Assembly: GCA_000182565.2 (NCBI GenBank)
Contig: KQ257456.1
Direction: 5' to 3' (one strand)
DNA length: 64,000 bases
Origin: Spizellomyces punctatus DAOM BR117
Lineage: Eukaryota
The notes below the pieces were generated by a model. It ran no database searches, had not been told where the DNA came from, and saw only the letters and a program-made list of their open reading frames with translations. Position 1 is the first letter of the stretch; every line of letters starts with the position of its first letter. Below, piece by piece: positions 49,253-61,893 of the stretch. Position numbers and translations under genes: made by a program.

Positions 49253-51592
49253 ATAGCTATCACTGATATTTTCCTGCTTCAAATCTCTTTTCTGACGGCC
49301 ACACCATCTTCCTGACGGACCTATCTTCTTCCCAACCTCATATTTGGACCACCTACCATACCAGGACGACTTCACCTCTTCCCCAACAACAAATCCACTC
49401 ACCAAATCAGCTCAGACATGTCAAACACGGACTTGGACACCAAACTCACGATGGAAAAGTTCAATGGCATGAACTATCACCTCTGGAAGTTCAAAATGAT
49501 GATGTTGCTGAAGGAAAAGGGGCTGTGGGGTGTGATTGAGGGGGATGAGAGCATGGAGGGAACCTCTGAGAAGGATTGGAGGAGAAGGGATGAGCAGGCA
49601 ATGGCTGTAATTGCTCTGTCACTGAGTGATGCCCAACTCATGCATGTACAGACCGCTGTAACTGCAAAAGAGGCCTGGTTAAAGCTCAGTGAGGTCCACC
49701 AAAGGAAGGGAATTGCCAGTAGGCTCTATCTAAGGAGGAAATTTCTCACTCTGAAGATGGAAGACAGCACTGGGGGCATGTTGGGACACATAAACACGGT
49801 CAGGACAATGGCTCAGCAGTTGGAGGCCATTGGGGCGCCAGTCAGTGAAGAAGACCAAGTCATCACCCTACTCTACAGCCTACCAGAGAGTTATGAACAG
49901 CTGGTGGTGTCTTTGGAGGCCAGGAGTGATTCTCTGACACTGGAATTCCTCACATCACGGCTTTTGCATGAAGAAACACGCAGGAAGGAAGCTGGGGGTG
50001 AAGGAGATAGCAAAGGGAAGGCCTTTTTCAGCAGGGATGGTGGGCAGAAGGTTGGCAAGCATGGTGGGACCAAGAAGATAGCAGGGAAGTGCTTCTATTG
50101 CAACAAGAAGGGTCACTTCAAGAAGGACTGCAGGAAGTTTCTGGCGGACACCAAACAACAAGCCAATCAAGCCAGCACCAGTCAGGCAACTCAGAATGAG
50201 TTCCTATTCTTTGCTCAGTCGGGAGATGAAACCAAAACCTCTCAGGGAGCAGTCTGGTGGATTGTGGACTCGGGTGCTTCACAGCACATGTCACACAGGA
50301 AGGATTGGATGACCAATTACATGGAGATGTCACCAATTCAAGTCCATCTGGCGGACAACAGAACAGTTCAGGCAATAGGGAAGGGCCAGATCACACTTGA
50401 GACAGGCAGAAACCGATTCTGTACCCTCAGAGATGTGTGGTTTGTTCCCAAGCTTGAAAAGAACTTGTTTTCAGTAAGAAGAGCCACTGAAAACGGTGCC
50501 AAAGTTGAGTTTGGCAGCAAGGGATGCTGTATCAAGACTTCAGATGGTCAGGAAGCAATCCAGGGAACTCTAGGCGGCGGTCTATACAAGTTTCATGCAA
50601 GAGAACATGCAAACATAGCCTCTGGAATGAGTTTGGAGCTCTGGCATCGCAGGTTAGGACACCTGAACATCAACAGCATCAAAATCTTGGCTAGGAACCA
50701 GCAGGGAAGCGGTCTGGAGGTCAAGAATCACACAGAAACATCACCATGTGAAGCCTGTGCCATTGGAAAGATCACCAGGCGCCCCTTTCCAAAGGGAGAA
50801 GCAGCTAGAGTGGCTCTACTGCTGGGGGTGGTTCACAGTGATGTGTGTGGGCCCATGAAGACACCAAGTCATGGTGGGGCAAAGTACTTTGTCACATTCA
50901 TTGATGACAAGTCAAGGATGACAGCAGTTTATCTTCTGAAGGAGAAGGGTGAGGTTCTCAGCAAATTCAAGGAGTTTGAGGCCTGGGCAACCAACTTCAC
51001 GGGGCAGAAGATCAAAACTCTCAGATCAGACAATGGGGGAGAGTATGTGGGCGAAGAATTCAAGAAATTCTGCAAACAGAAGGGAATTCAGCAGCGATTC
51101 AGCACCTCCTACACACCAGAGCACAATGGTGTAGCTGAGACGATGAACAGGACACTGGTGGAAATGGGAAGGTGCATGCTGCACCACAGTGGACTCAGCT
51201 ACAAGTTCTGGGGTGAGGCAATCATGACAGCGGTCTATCTCAGGAACAGGAGCCCCACTGCAGCACTCAGCAACCAATCAACACCATTTCAAGAGTTTAC
51301 AGGCAGTAAACCAGATCTCCAGCACCTCAGAGTGTTTGGCTGCATGGCCTACACTCATATTCCAAAGGAAAAGCGGTCAAAACTTGATGAGAAGGCCAAG
51401 AAAGCAGTCATGGTCAGCTACAGCACTCAGAGTAAGGCCCACAGACTGTGGGTACCTGAAATGAACCAAGTTGTCATGTCAAGGGATGTCATCTTTGATG
51501 AAAACTTGATGTGGAGCACTCAGGAGCGACTGCAGAGTGTACCACAGCAAGACCAAGAGCTACACATGCCTCTGGGAGGGGAGCCTTCAGTG

Positions 51593-51692
51593 NNNNNNNN
51601 NNNNNNNNNNNNNNNNNNNNNNNNNNNNNNNNNNNNNNNNNNNNNNNNNNNNNNNNNNNNNNNNNNNNNNNNNNNNNNNNNNNNNNNNNNNN
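51593..51692. other. Assembly gap (100 N) with overlapping flanks
   Basis: 51042-51589 is repeated almost exactly at 51693-52242. Confidence 0.97.
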
Positions 51693-53484
51693 AGTATGTG
51701 GGCGAAGAATTCAAGAAATTCCTGCAAACAGAAGGGATTTCAGCAGCGATTCCAGCACCTCCTACACACCAGAGCACAATGGTGTAGCTGAGACGATGAA
51801 CAGGACACTGGTGGAAATGGGAAGGTGCATGCTGCACCACAGTGGACTCAGCTACAAGTTCTGGGGTGAGGCAATCATGACAGCGGTCTATCTCAGGAAC
51901 AGGAGCCCCACTGCAGCACTCAGCAACCAATCAACACCATTTCAAGAGTTTACAGGCAGTAAACCAGATCTCCAGCACCTCAGAGTGTTTGGCTGCATGG
52001 CCTACACTCATATTCCAAAGGAAAAGCGGTCAAAACTTGATGAGAAGGCCAAGAAAGCAGTCATGGTCAGCTACAGCACTCAGAGTAAGGCCTACAGACT
52101 GTGGGTACCTGAAATGAACCAAGTTGTCATGTCAAGGGATGTCATCTTTGATGAAAACTTGATGTGGAGCACTCAGGAGCGACTGCAGAGTGTACCACAG
52201 CAAGACCAAGAGCTACACATGCCTCTGGGAGGGGAGCCTTCATTCTTGGATGACCAAGAAGGGCTAGGGATGGTTCAAGAGACTCAGAGACCATCTAGCA
52301 TCACTCCAGACAACTCTTCAGCATCAGAAGATGATGGGGACGACTTCCAGGATGCTGAGGAAGTGCCAGAACTCAGCAGGAAGAGTGCCAGATTTCACAA
52401 ACCACTGGGAGAGTGGTGGATTGCAAAGCCAACTCAGTCAAATCTGGTGTTTGCTTTCACCATTGGGGAAGTTCCACAGGAAGAACCCAGCACTCTGGCT
52501 GAAGCTAGGACCAGACATGATGCCAAACAGTGGGAGGCGGCTGTCAAAGCAGAATATGACTCTCTGATGGAGAATCAGACATGGGACTTAGTCAAACTAC
52601 CACCAGGAAGATCTACAGTTGGCTGCAAGTGGGTTTTCAAGCTGAAACTCAAGTCAGATGGCTCTGTAGAGCGCTACAAGGCCAGACTGGTAGCCAAAGG
52701 ATACTCCCAAGTTGAAGGACTGGACTACAAGGAGACATTTGCCCCAGTAGTCAAGTTTGCAACAATCAGGATGGTCCTGACACTAGCAGCTATGAAGGAC
52801 ATGGAGATTCACCAAATGGATGTCAAAACAGCATTCTTGAATGGGACCATTGAGGAGGACATCTACATGGACCAACCAGAAGGCTTCACCACGGAAAAAG
52901 GACTTGTCTGCAAGCTAAAGAAGAGTTTGTATGGGTTAAAGCAAGCTCCAAGAGCCTGGAACAAAGTCATTGATGGGCAACTCAAAGAACTTGGCTTTGA
53001 AAGGTGTGAATCAGACCACGGGCTGTACATCAACAAGAAGATGGGCATCCACCTTATCCTATATGTGGATGACCTTATTCTGGCATCAAAGGACGACCAG
53101 GAGTTGTTAAAACTCAAAGAAGAACTCAAGAAGCAGTTCAAGATGGCTGATATGGGCCAGTTAGAGCATTTTCTCGGCATTCAAGTGGTCAGGGACAGAG
53201 CCAACAGGTCAATCTGGCTCTCCCAACAGCGGTACCTCGGTCAAACATTGAAGAAATTCAATATGAGTAACAGCAAACCAGTTGCCACACCACTAGAGAA
53301 TGGCCAGAAGCTCACCAAGGCCATGTCACCACAAACTGAGGCAGAACAGCAAGAAATGAACGGGGTTCCTTTCAGAAGTGCTGTTGGAAGTCTCATTTAT
53401 GCAATGCTGGGCACCAGACCAGACATAGCAGCAGCAGTTGGATCAGTTAGCCAGTACCTTTCCAACCCCGGACATCAGCACTGG

Positions 53485-54034
53485 TGTGACAGAATTCTTC
53501 TGTCAGTGCTATGGTTATACTGGTTAGATGTGGTTCCAAACTAGTGGTCACATGACTTTGCTGATGGTGTCAGCATTCATTTGACCAGAATTAGATAAAT
53601 AAGCAGATTTAGCCATTCCCGGCTAAATTAGATGAGTATCCTGACACACTAGCATCTGCCCCTTTTAATCAAGTGGCACAGTGTATTTAGGATGACTTGT
53701 CTCACTTGTGATTGGCTATAAATGGTGCAATAGGCTGACAAATAGTTTAGGATGACATGTACAAGATCTGATTGGTTGCAAATGGTGCAATAGGCTGACA
53801 AATAGTTTAGGATGACATGTATGAGTTCTGATTGGTTGCAAATGGTGCAATAGGCTGACAAATAGTTTAGGATGATGTGGGTGAGATCTGATTGGGTAGT
53901 TAGGATATAGCATTTGTCAGCACCTTTGTCTATAAAAAGAGGACCTCTCTGAGGCCCCTCAAAGAAAAATAACAAGTAGTAACCAAGTCTTCCCTAGTTT
54001 TCTGTTGTCTTCTTGTCCCTGCTAGCCTGTTACA
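53485..54034 (+). mobile_element. Solo LTR (550 bp) of a different family inserted in pol
   Basis: TGTGACAG...CTGTTACA termini, 5-bp TSD ACTGG (53480-53484 and 54035-54039), TATAAAA at ~53931. Removing it restores HQHW-IAVK. Confidence 0.93.
53686..53895. repeat. 60-bp tandem repeat, ~3.5 copies, inside the solo LTR
   Basis: Unit TTTAGGATGAC...TGATTGG..AAATGGTGCAATAGGCTGACAAATAG recurs at exactly 60-nt spacing. Confidence 0.93.
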
Positions 54035-54611
54035 ACTGGATAGCAGTCAAATGGATCATGTGGTACCTGAATGGCACCACAGACCTAGGACTTCAACTGG
54101 GCGGCATTCAGAGCAAGTGGGAGCTATCTGCATACTCTGATGCAGATTGGGGCAGTGATTTGGACTTCAGGAAGTCTACCACTGGCTTCTTAGTCAAGAT
54201 TGGCAGCAGTACAGTCAGCTGGCAAAGTAAGAGGCAACCTACAGTCACTCTATCATCAGCAGAGTCAGAGTACATGGCTCTTTGTCAAGCTACCAAGGAA
54301 GTTATCTGGTTCAGAACACTTCTAGGCAAGCTAGGACATCAGCAAAGTGGTCCTACAACATTGTATGGTGACAATCAGGGTGCCATAGCACTTGCCAACA
54401 ACCCAACACATCATGCAAGGACCAAACACATTGATGTGCGGCACCACTTCATCAGACAAGCAGTAGAAGACAAGAAAATCAGCCTCAAGTACTGTCAGAC
54501 AGAAGAAATGATGGCTGACATTCTCACCAAGGCTCTACCCAAGACAAGGCACCTTAAACTTTGTGGTAAAATGGGTCTCTGTCGGAAATCAGATGATTCA
54601 CTGAGTGGGAG

Positions 54612-55123
54612 TGTTAAGATTCAGGCTTAAACCATGCTATATGATCTATAAATCATGTGAGATCATGCTGGGATGTCATTAGACAGTTCACATCTGATCT
54701 GGCTAAGTTACAATGTGGGGAATTGGACTTGGAGTAATCAGAATGATCACAGGTGCATGTGTGAATGATTTAAAGGGGTAAACCATCATGTAAGCACTCT
54801 TAGAAGGTCTGGAAGGTTGTTGATGATCTAGATCTTCAGGTAATGTTTGCCAAGGCATGGCTGAAGCTGCTGAGCACTGCTGAGCACGGCTGAGCATGTA
54901 AACAAGTGGGCTGAAGCATGTAAACAGTAAACAAAGGCAGAGGGAGGCTGGAGAATGTACTGGGTTATATAAAGGGGGCTTTTGAATGTCTCTGGCTTAA
55001 TACAAGCATGTTATCCCACAAGTTACTGCACCCAGAAGTCTTACTAGCGGCCACAGGCATTACTAGGCCTTTCAGAAGTGATTTCTACATGGGAAATTAG
55101 TGTTCCAAGCACTAAGTTCAATA
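54612..55123 (+). repeat. 3' LTR (TGTTAA...TCAATA)
   Basis: Follows the PPT; aligns end-to-end with the 5' LTR. Confidence 0.93.
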
Positions 55124-55290
55124 CTAAGTGCTAGGTTCAAAAGCAGCAGTGTCAACTGGTACAGTAGAAAGCAACCTGCAGCTAGTCTCTGTTTCAGTAG
55201 AATTTTAGTACAGGGCAGTTTGCTAAGCTACCATAGATGTTACCTGGTTCAGAACACCTTTAAGTTAGGACATCTAGCAAGGCAGTAACT
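55124..55290 (+). mobile_element. Decayed Copia RNase H fragment
   Basis: SSSVNWYSRKQP... and ..TWFRT resemble SSTVSWQSKRQP/VIWFRT of the intact element; contains stops and frameshifts. Confidence 0.65.
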
Positions 55291-55439
55291 TCAATATAGT
55301 AGGAATATTTGTGTCTATTAGAGAACTACTTAAAAAATTATAAGCTTATTATTATTATCAAGGGCTTCTTTTTAATGAGACATGGCACAGCACCATGACT
55401 AACTACATTAATCTGGTTAGATCATTGGTTACTGACTGT

Positions 55440-55805
55440 TGTCACAGCAACCCTGCAATTATTGCATTGTGTGAAGTAAGTGCTGTAATTAATTGATACC
55501 CACAACCTTTGTGGATTGATGCACTGAGATGCATATTTGCCAATATTTTCACTATACAGAACAAGTAAATATTTAGGCTGTATAACACTGGTATAATGCC
55601 TATTGTTACAGCCTAAATATGTAAAGATAATTGCCATATGTCTATAAAAGGGGACAATGCCATTGTACCCATTTCTAACATGCAAGCAGCTAGATACCAA
55701 TCCCCTTAACTATATCTATCTATCATAATAGTGCATCACCAGTTACCAGTAACTGTAGCCTGCAGAGTCTAGTAACCACATGGCTTGAACTGTGAGCCCT
55801 GTACA
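55440..55805 (+). mobile_element. Possible additional degraded LTR
   Basis: TGTCACAG start, TATAAAAGGGG at ~55643, possible ...TGTACA end, CpG-free. No TSD or partner LTR seen. Confidence 0.3.
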
Positions 55806-56432
55806 TTGAACCAATTGCTGCAAGGTTATTACATTCTTAGAACTATTTTAGTCTTATTTTTAGGTTACTAGCAGCTAATTTATTTAAGTTTCTATCTTTT
55901 AATATATCTGCTATAATCAATAAATTCTAAAATTTCTGAGTTAGTACTAAACTATGGCTAATACACACCTTACAGCAACTCTTGAGGCACTTATTTATTG
56001 AGCATTTAAACATCACTGGCTAGTACCAGCAGAAAGAGCAGCAGAAAGGCTATATACTTATCACCCCCTAGGAGTAACTAAATATTTTAGCTATGGAACT
56101 AGCTTTAACAGCTACTGTACTTATTTGGACACAGCCAATATAAATCAAAACCAATAAATATATATACTAATATACAGAAAGTAATCAGAAGATTAAGTAG
56201 CTACCCTGAGTGGTGTATGGTAATGTCCACAAGATCTTGGGATTATTCCTTGGAGTCTGCTTAAGACTGTGCAAATTTATTGTTAGTTTGCAGCATAAAT
56301 ATATCACCTAGCAGCACCTTTAATAACTGTCTAAATACTGTATTATTTACAATTTTTCCATGAAGGACTATTATATATAGATGATTTAAAGTGATTGTTT
56401 ACAAGAATGTTCCACCTCTGGCAACAACTCCA

Positions 56433-59400
56433 TTATATTTTCTTTTTGGATACTGGTGTGAGAACATATACCAGGTCACTTGATTTTAATATGATGCTTG
56501 GGAGTGGGTTGGTAAACACAAAGGGCAGCCGGTTTCCTAATTTGGGGTCATCTGTGTCTCGTAGTAATGCAATTGGAATCACACCTTGATTGAGTGCAAA
56601 CTCGCGATACAGAACGGAAAATGGCTGATGCTGAAAACAAAAGGTTCTGTTAATGTCACGGCATAGATGCAAAGAAGAGAGTCAACTGACCTCATACTCA
56701 GAAGGTACCGGTACGCAGCATAGGTAGGATGGGTCAACGCCCAGAAGCTTATCCATATCAACGTCGTGCTACATTTTGAAGCAGGTTAGTATTTTTGTTT
56801 CTATAATGGTCGCACGCTCTTCCACACACCTTGTATCGAACGCCACACAGCAGCCTGAAAACATCAAGCACGGCTGAGTTGTAAAATGTTTCAAAGAGAA
56901 TCGCATCTAACATGCTGGCTGCCACAACACGGCCTGATGCATATATTGGTGCGTACAGGTAACTGTCAACGCCCGCATCAGATTGATACGCGACTGATTT
57001 ACGCTGTGCATCCTTCAAGCGGTGCTTTTTCTTGGATGCTCTCTTCGCAGTGGGTGGTAGAAATTTGATGTGGCCACGCTTCACTACCGGGAGATAAGCA
57101 CTAACTGATTGACGCGTCAGAGAGATTTCACAGAGGATACTTACACAGTTCTACAACAACAAACTTCCGATGGCCCGTTCGCCGGAAAAGGTTATGAATC
57201 ATATGGCTCACCATTCTATAGAATCCCGCAGGTAAATAGGTACATGAAACCATACCGTTAGGGTGAGTATACTCAGCATTGCTTACATGGCAGCGCTGTC
57301 AGCAAAGGTCTCATCCTGAGATTGGTCAGCATCTTGATTTTTCCGATGCATGCTCACAATGAGGACTTTCTCCGCTCCCACAATGCCAGCGCGCTGAAGG
57401 TCGGCTTTTCTTCGCGGGTCCCCGATCATGATGTGAAGATCCGGAAACTCCGAAAGCGCACGAAATTGTTCACGACTCGGTAGATGAGGGCAAAGAAGAA
57501 GGACGGTTTTGAATTCATCCTCAGTCAGATGGGCGGACCGCAGCGTGCACATGAGGCGGAAAAGGGCGTAGTCGTTGGAGCAAACAAGTAGGTGCTTACG
57601 CATCGTCGAGGCATCCTCTATCAGACATTCATCTGGCGATGTCATCGGGTTTCGCAACAGAAGGCAGATGCCCACTGGAACAAAGATAGACATTGGCATC
57701 ATGTTCCTCGAAATTATATAGAAAGCACTGGGTGGGCACGATAAAAGAAAAAAAAACTGTATAGAAACGATACCTTTTATATCACTAAATGGAGGATGGG
57801 GGGTTCCAATCCTCAGCTGCCCGTTGCCTATCATGGGAAATCCCGCGGCGGTGCTGCAATCCTGCACACTTTGTGCGGTTCAATGCCAATGCTTAGGATA
57901 TCACAAGAATGTAAATTCCAGGTTCTCACCGAGTAGCAGTGAACGTTCCCCGTCGCACAATACCCGGCTGCATGCGAAATTCAGATGCTCTCGATTGCAA
58001 GTTGCGTAGGGATCTTTCATACTGTGATGGTGTCTGGCGCAAAAGCTACTCAGAACAACGGCACACAATCCTCACACCAGAGTCACTTTTCTCACCAATG
58101 TTTCTATAGCACTGACATCCTCCTGTGAAGGCAGATTCCACCATTAGACCTCCTTCGAATGATTTTCAAATGTGGCACTCCAGACTGTTACCTGTCGTTG
58201 TGCGATGTATAAACACTGATCAAATTGCCCAAGAAGATAGCTTGAACCGGGGTTTAACATCAAGTGATAATCACCGCGACTTTTTATCACCACTTTCACA
58301 GCAAAAAGAATGACTTGATATTGATGGAAGATATACCAGGAGACATCCGTGAACCGCTTTCCAACAAAGGCGGAGTTAACCGCAGTGCTGTAATACTCGT
58401 TCCCACATCCGTCTCCTGTGAACGACTGCAGATCAGCCCGCGGCTCAAAGTATGATAGCAGTGTATATCCCTGACCATATTGGGCCTTCCACTAGAGAAG
58501 TCATGATGTAAGATTCAGTTAACAAGCGAATGCCATAAACCATAATTGAGCGAAACGTACCGGCTCGTCGTATTGGCTCATCGGAGCGGTCTGTTGAAGA
58601 AGCTAACACGGCGAATAAATTGTGTGTTGATGGAAGTTATCATGTACATCAGAGATTCATACATTTAAGAGTAAACTGCTTGCCCCTCGATACAGACAGC
58701 TATATCCGAGCAGCATCTACGAAAGAGTCAATACAAACAGTGAATTACGTGCAGGAAAACAACAGACCTGCTTCAGGTCTTCAACGCATACAGCTACAAA
58801 GTAAGTAGTTTAACATACAGATAGAACCATCAAGGCGTCCAGAACAGTTCCTACCTGCATTTGTCGTGTGTTCTTGAAAGCTTTCAGTTTCAGGGAGAAG
58901 GTTATACACATACAGTGGCGTGAGGGGTGCATAGTCATCGAAAGCCCATGCCCGCAATGTATTGTGGTCGTCCTCCACTGAGGGATCACTCGCGCTGCGG
59001 TCTAAAAGTTTTCTGGTGAGCGCACGGTACGGTGGTGTCTGAGATGGGTGGCTCGTACCAGCAATAATGAAGGCAGCAGACGCATATCTATCATTGTTTC
59101 ACTGTTAGAACGTTGTTCCATCGGCCTCGTGGGAACAACTTACTGTATTTGAACCCGCTTCATATCCTCTACATCCTAGAAACAGGCGTTGGCCCGTGAA
59201 ACAGCATCTCACTCGCACAACCGAAGGGCACTTACCAACGCAGATCCTTGCAGATATGAAACGCGGTGTTGAAAAGGTGACTGACTGAGAACAGCCTTTA
59301 CTGCTAGAGACGGGGGCGTCCGTGCAAGGAATACGATTTTCATTTGCTGTGCAGGATCCTGAATGACTTCCGTTAGCCTTGTCATGTTGGGACTATGCCC

Positions 59401-61509
59401 GGTTATAAAAGTGAGGGAATTTCATACCCGGTGTAGGAATGCATTCAGAACGTCCATGACCTTCAGTGCATTGTCAAAGAGCCCAACAATCACAACCTTA
59501 ATGTGAACCATGTGAGATGTCTGGGTCTGATGGCGTTCATCATTACAAGCGCCATACAAATGGATGAGATCCTGCTCGGAACAGAAAAGACGCGGAAAGT
59601 GAACAAAAAGGACAAATGTAACGCGCTAGCGTATGTGCAGCACAGGTATACGAATCTACCTCGTTGATATGTTCCCCCTCCTGCAGAGCGGAGTTTGAAC
59701 GTTTCCACCTGCCCATAAACTTATTCATTCAGTTTATCAGGCTATAAGTATGCACTTTATCGGAACCTACCGTACGAGCGATTAAGCCGGGGAGAATGCT
59801 TATCGCCAACATGATTAATACAAGGACGACGATTTGACCAGGGATTGAGGTGGGCGAGATATCCCCATAGCCGACGGTACTGGTAGTGATGACTTTCCGC
59901 GAGTGGTAGAGACAGTTACAACCAGTTCAGACAACAATGGGCATTATGGAATCAGTGAACGTACCAATAAAATATAGTGCCTGCATCAGCGAGATGTTGC
60001 GGGATTCTTCATTGGGTGCAAAACGATTCTCACAATACTGAATATGGTTAATTGATCGCCCATCAAATGCTACATTGTACGTCACACTCACTTGAAATGC
60101 ACACAGAGCGACATACAACAAGACCATGATAGTTGATATAAGCACTATTAAACGGTCAGTATAGGTATCCACCTGAAGATGCCTGTATCTCAGTATATCA
60201 CCAAACCAGTAGCTGTGCATGCATCTGATCTAAGACTCGTACTCACATTAAGTACCGGCCAAGTTCCATGCAACCTCAGGACGCTCTTTACTCTCGAGAT
60301 GACAATTATTGCTCGGAAAAAGTACGGTATATCTTGAAGCCAGGAAGAATTAGGAAAGGTCAGAAGGGTAGCATACAGGCACCTGTCGTACAAATAAGTT
60401 TTCCGTTATCGGGGACGTTTGCCAAGACAACAAAAGGTACACAAAGTATTAAATCGAGGGCCGTCCGATAATTCAATAAAGCTTGTCGCTTAGAGTCTGC
60501 CTAATGTTTTGATTGGATTAGCCTCAATCTTCTGAAGGGGGAACCAACGCATCACATACAAAAAGGATCTTCGTAAACAAGGACGCGAGAATGTAGACGG
60601 AGAACGCGAAGCATGTGTAAAATATTGCCGGCGGACGCTAAGAAATGGGCATGAATTCTGATAGTTTACATTAAGAAGTTACGATAAACTTACGGCTACG
60701 TATAACCAGGCCGGCTTCAAATGACTGATTTCGCTACTTGAACCCAAATTCCATTGAAGCTCAACCAGATACATAATACAAAAGCACACATCGACAACAA
60801 GATCCAAGAGAATCTACGGCATGATGAATGAATTTGTCGACTTGGTAATAAAAGCGGTGCTGCAATACTTACAAACAGCACGAGACGATCGTTTGTTTGA
60901 AGAAATCTGATGAGGTATTCATGAGACTCCTTCGCAATAAAAAGAGAAAAGAGGCCCTCAAGGAGGAAGTGCGGTCGATGAGGATTTTCCCTGGAGTTGA
61001 TCTCTGTTACGTTCATAGCTAATTGAGCTTTCACACCCCTGGCATACCTCTCTTGAGTCCGTTGTATACGATAGGACTCCCTAATATCATCGTAGCTCGT
61101 CTCAATGACCCCTAAGTATCGTCCTGCCAGAAAATATTACGATATGTGGATGTATATTATCGTAGGACGTCATATCCTTACGTCTCCATTTCACCAAAGG
61201 GGATTTGTGGAGTGTTTTCACTTCTTGTGCATTTTCGTCTAAAGTGTCAATGATGTCACGTCGTCCGCCGTGGCGTCGAGTGAGACCCAGTTCATGTACA
61301 TCCAAGTTTCTTCGGTTTTCAAGGTCCTCCCTGGAGTCATTGTCTCTGTGGTGAATGTGACCTATGTGCTCTCCGGCAGGCCGAAATTCAGATGCATGTG
61401 GCACATTATCCCTCTCTGCTATCGTCAACACATGAGTAGGAGATGAATTCTCAGCATCTCTACGGTGCGGCTGCTGCTGTAGGTCCTCCAACGAGACATG
61501 TGCGGGCAT
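56433..61509 (-). CDS. Slo-family (Slo2/KCNT-like) large-conductance K+ channel with RCK domains; many introns
   Basis: Selectivity filter ITTSTVGYGDI at ~59860-59890; DHNTLRAWAFDDYAPLTPLYV; YASGRVVAASMLDAILFETFYN; FVFTNP...SDLVYVL. Confidence 0.88.
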
Positions 61510-61893
61510 TAGTCCAGTCTTTGCAGTGCAAGTACAGTTTTTCCAAGACCCGGTCGTTGAGCAAAGAGTTGATGGACATGCCAGCCACGCGATTCAAGTG
61601 TGCAATGTGGATGGATTCAGCTGACGTTATCTATTAATGTTCCCATCAGATGTCTTGTCTGACACGAGAACGCACTGATCGCTCTCCAACGGTGCAGCCT
61701 CAATTGGAAATGTGTGATTCTACTTGTTACTTGTTTGGCCTTCCTCCCACAACCGTACTCGCATCATGTATCGAAAGGAAAGTTTTGCATTGTTGTCTAA
61801 CTTGTGCTTGACACGTTTTCAGGTCCTGAACAAATCTCAAAAGTGTTCATTCACTTCAATGGCTGGGGCGTCTTTGTCACGACTGGTGATGGA

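Larger units (their letters stand above)
49418..54630 (+). pseudogene. Copia gag-pol polyprotein; a single frame once the gap overlap is merged, but disrupted at 53485-54034
   Basis: CFYCNKKGHFKKDC, WIVDSGAS, WHRRLGH..CEAC, HSDVCGP, RSDNGGE, YKARLVAKG, LYVDDL, YSDADW, KHIDVRHHF. Confidence 0.93.
48726..55123 (+). mobile_element. Ty1/Copia LTR retrotransposon (half-tRNA PBS type), near full-length, interrupted by a solo LTR
   Basis: Paired ~513-bp LTRs, PBS, PPT GAGTGGGAG (54603-54611), and gag-PR-IN-RT-RH domain order. Confidence 0.96.

Noticed and set aside
51511..51930. ORFs reading through X runs, suggesting a duplicated integrase or a programmed frameshift
   Set aside because: Artefact of the N gap and overlapping contig ends.
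53649..53975. Repeat-containing ORF (YLSAYCTICNQS x3), or a CRISPR-like array
   Set aside because: It is just the translation of the 60-bp LTR tandem repeat. The units are contiguous with no unique spacers, and there are no cas genes.
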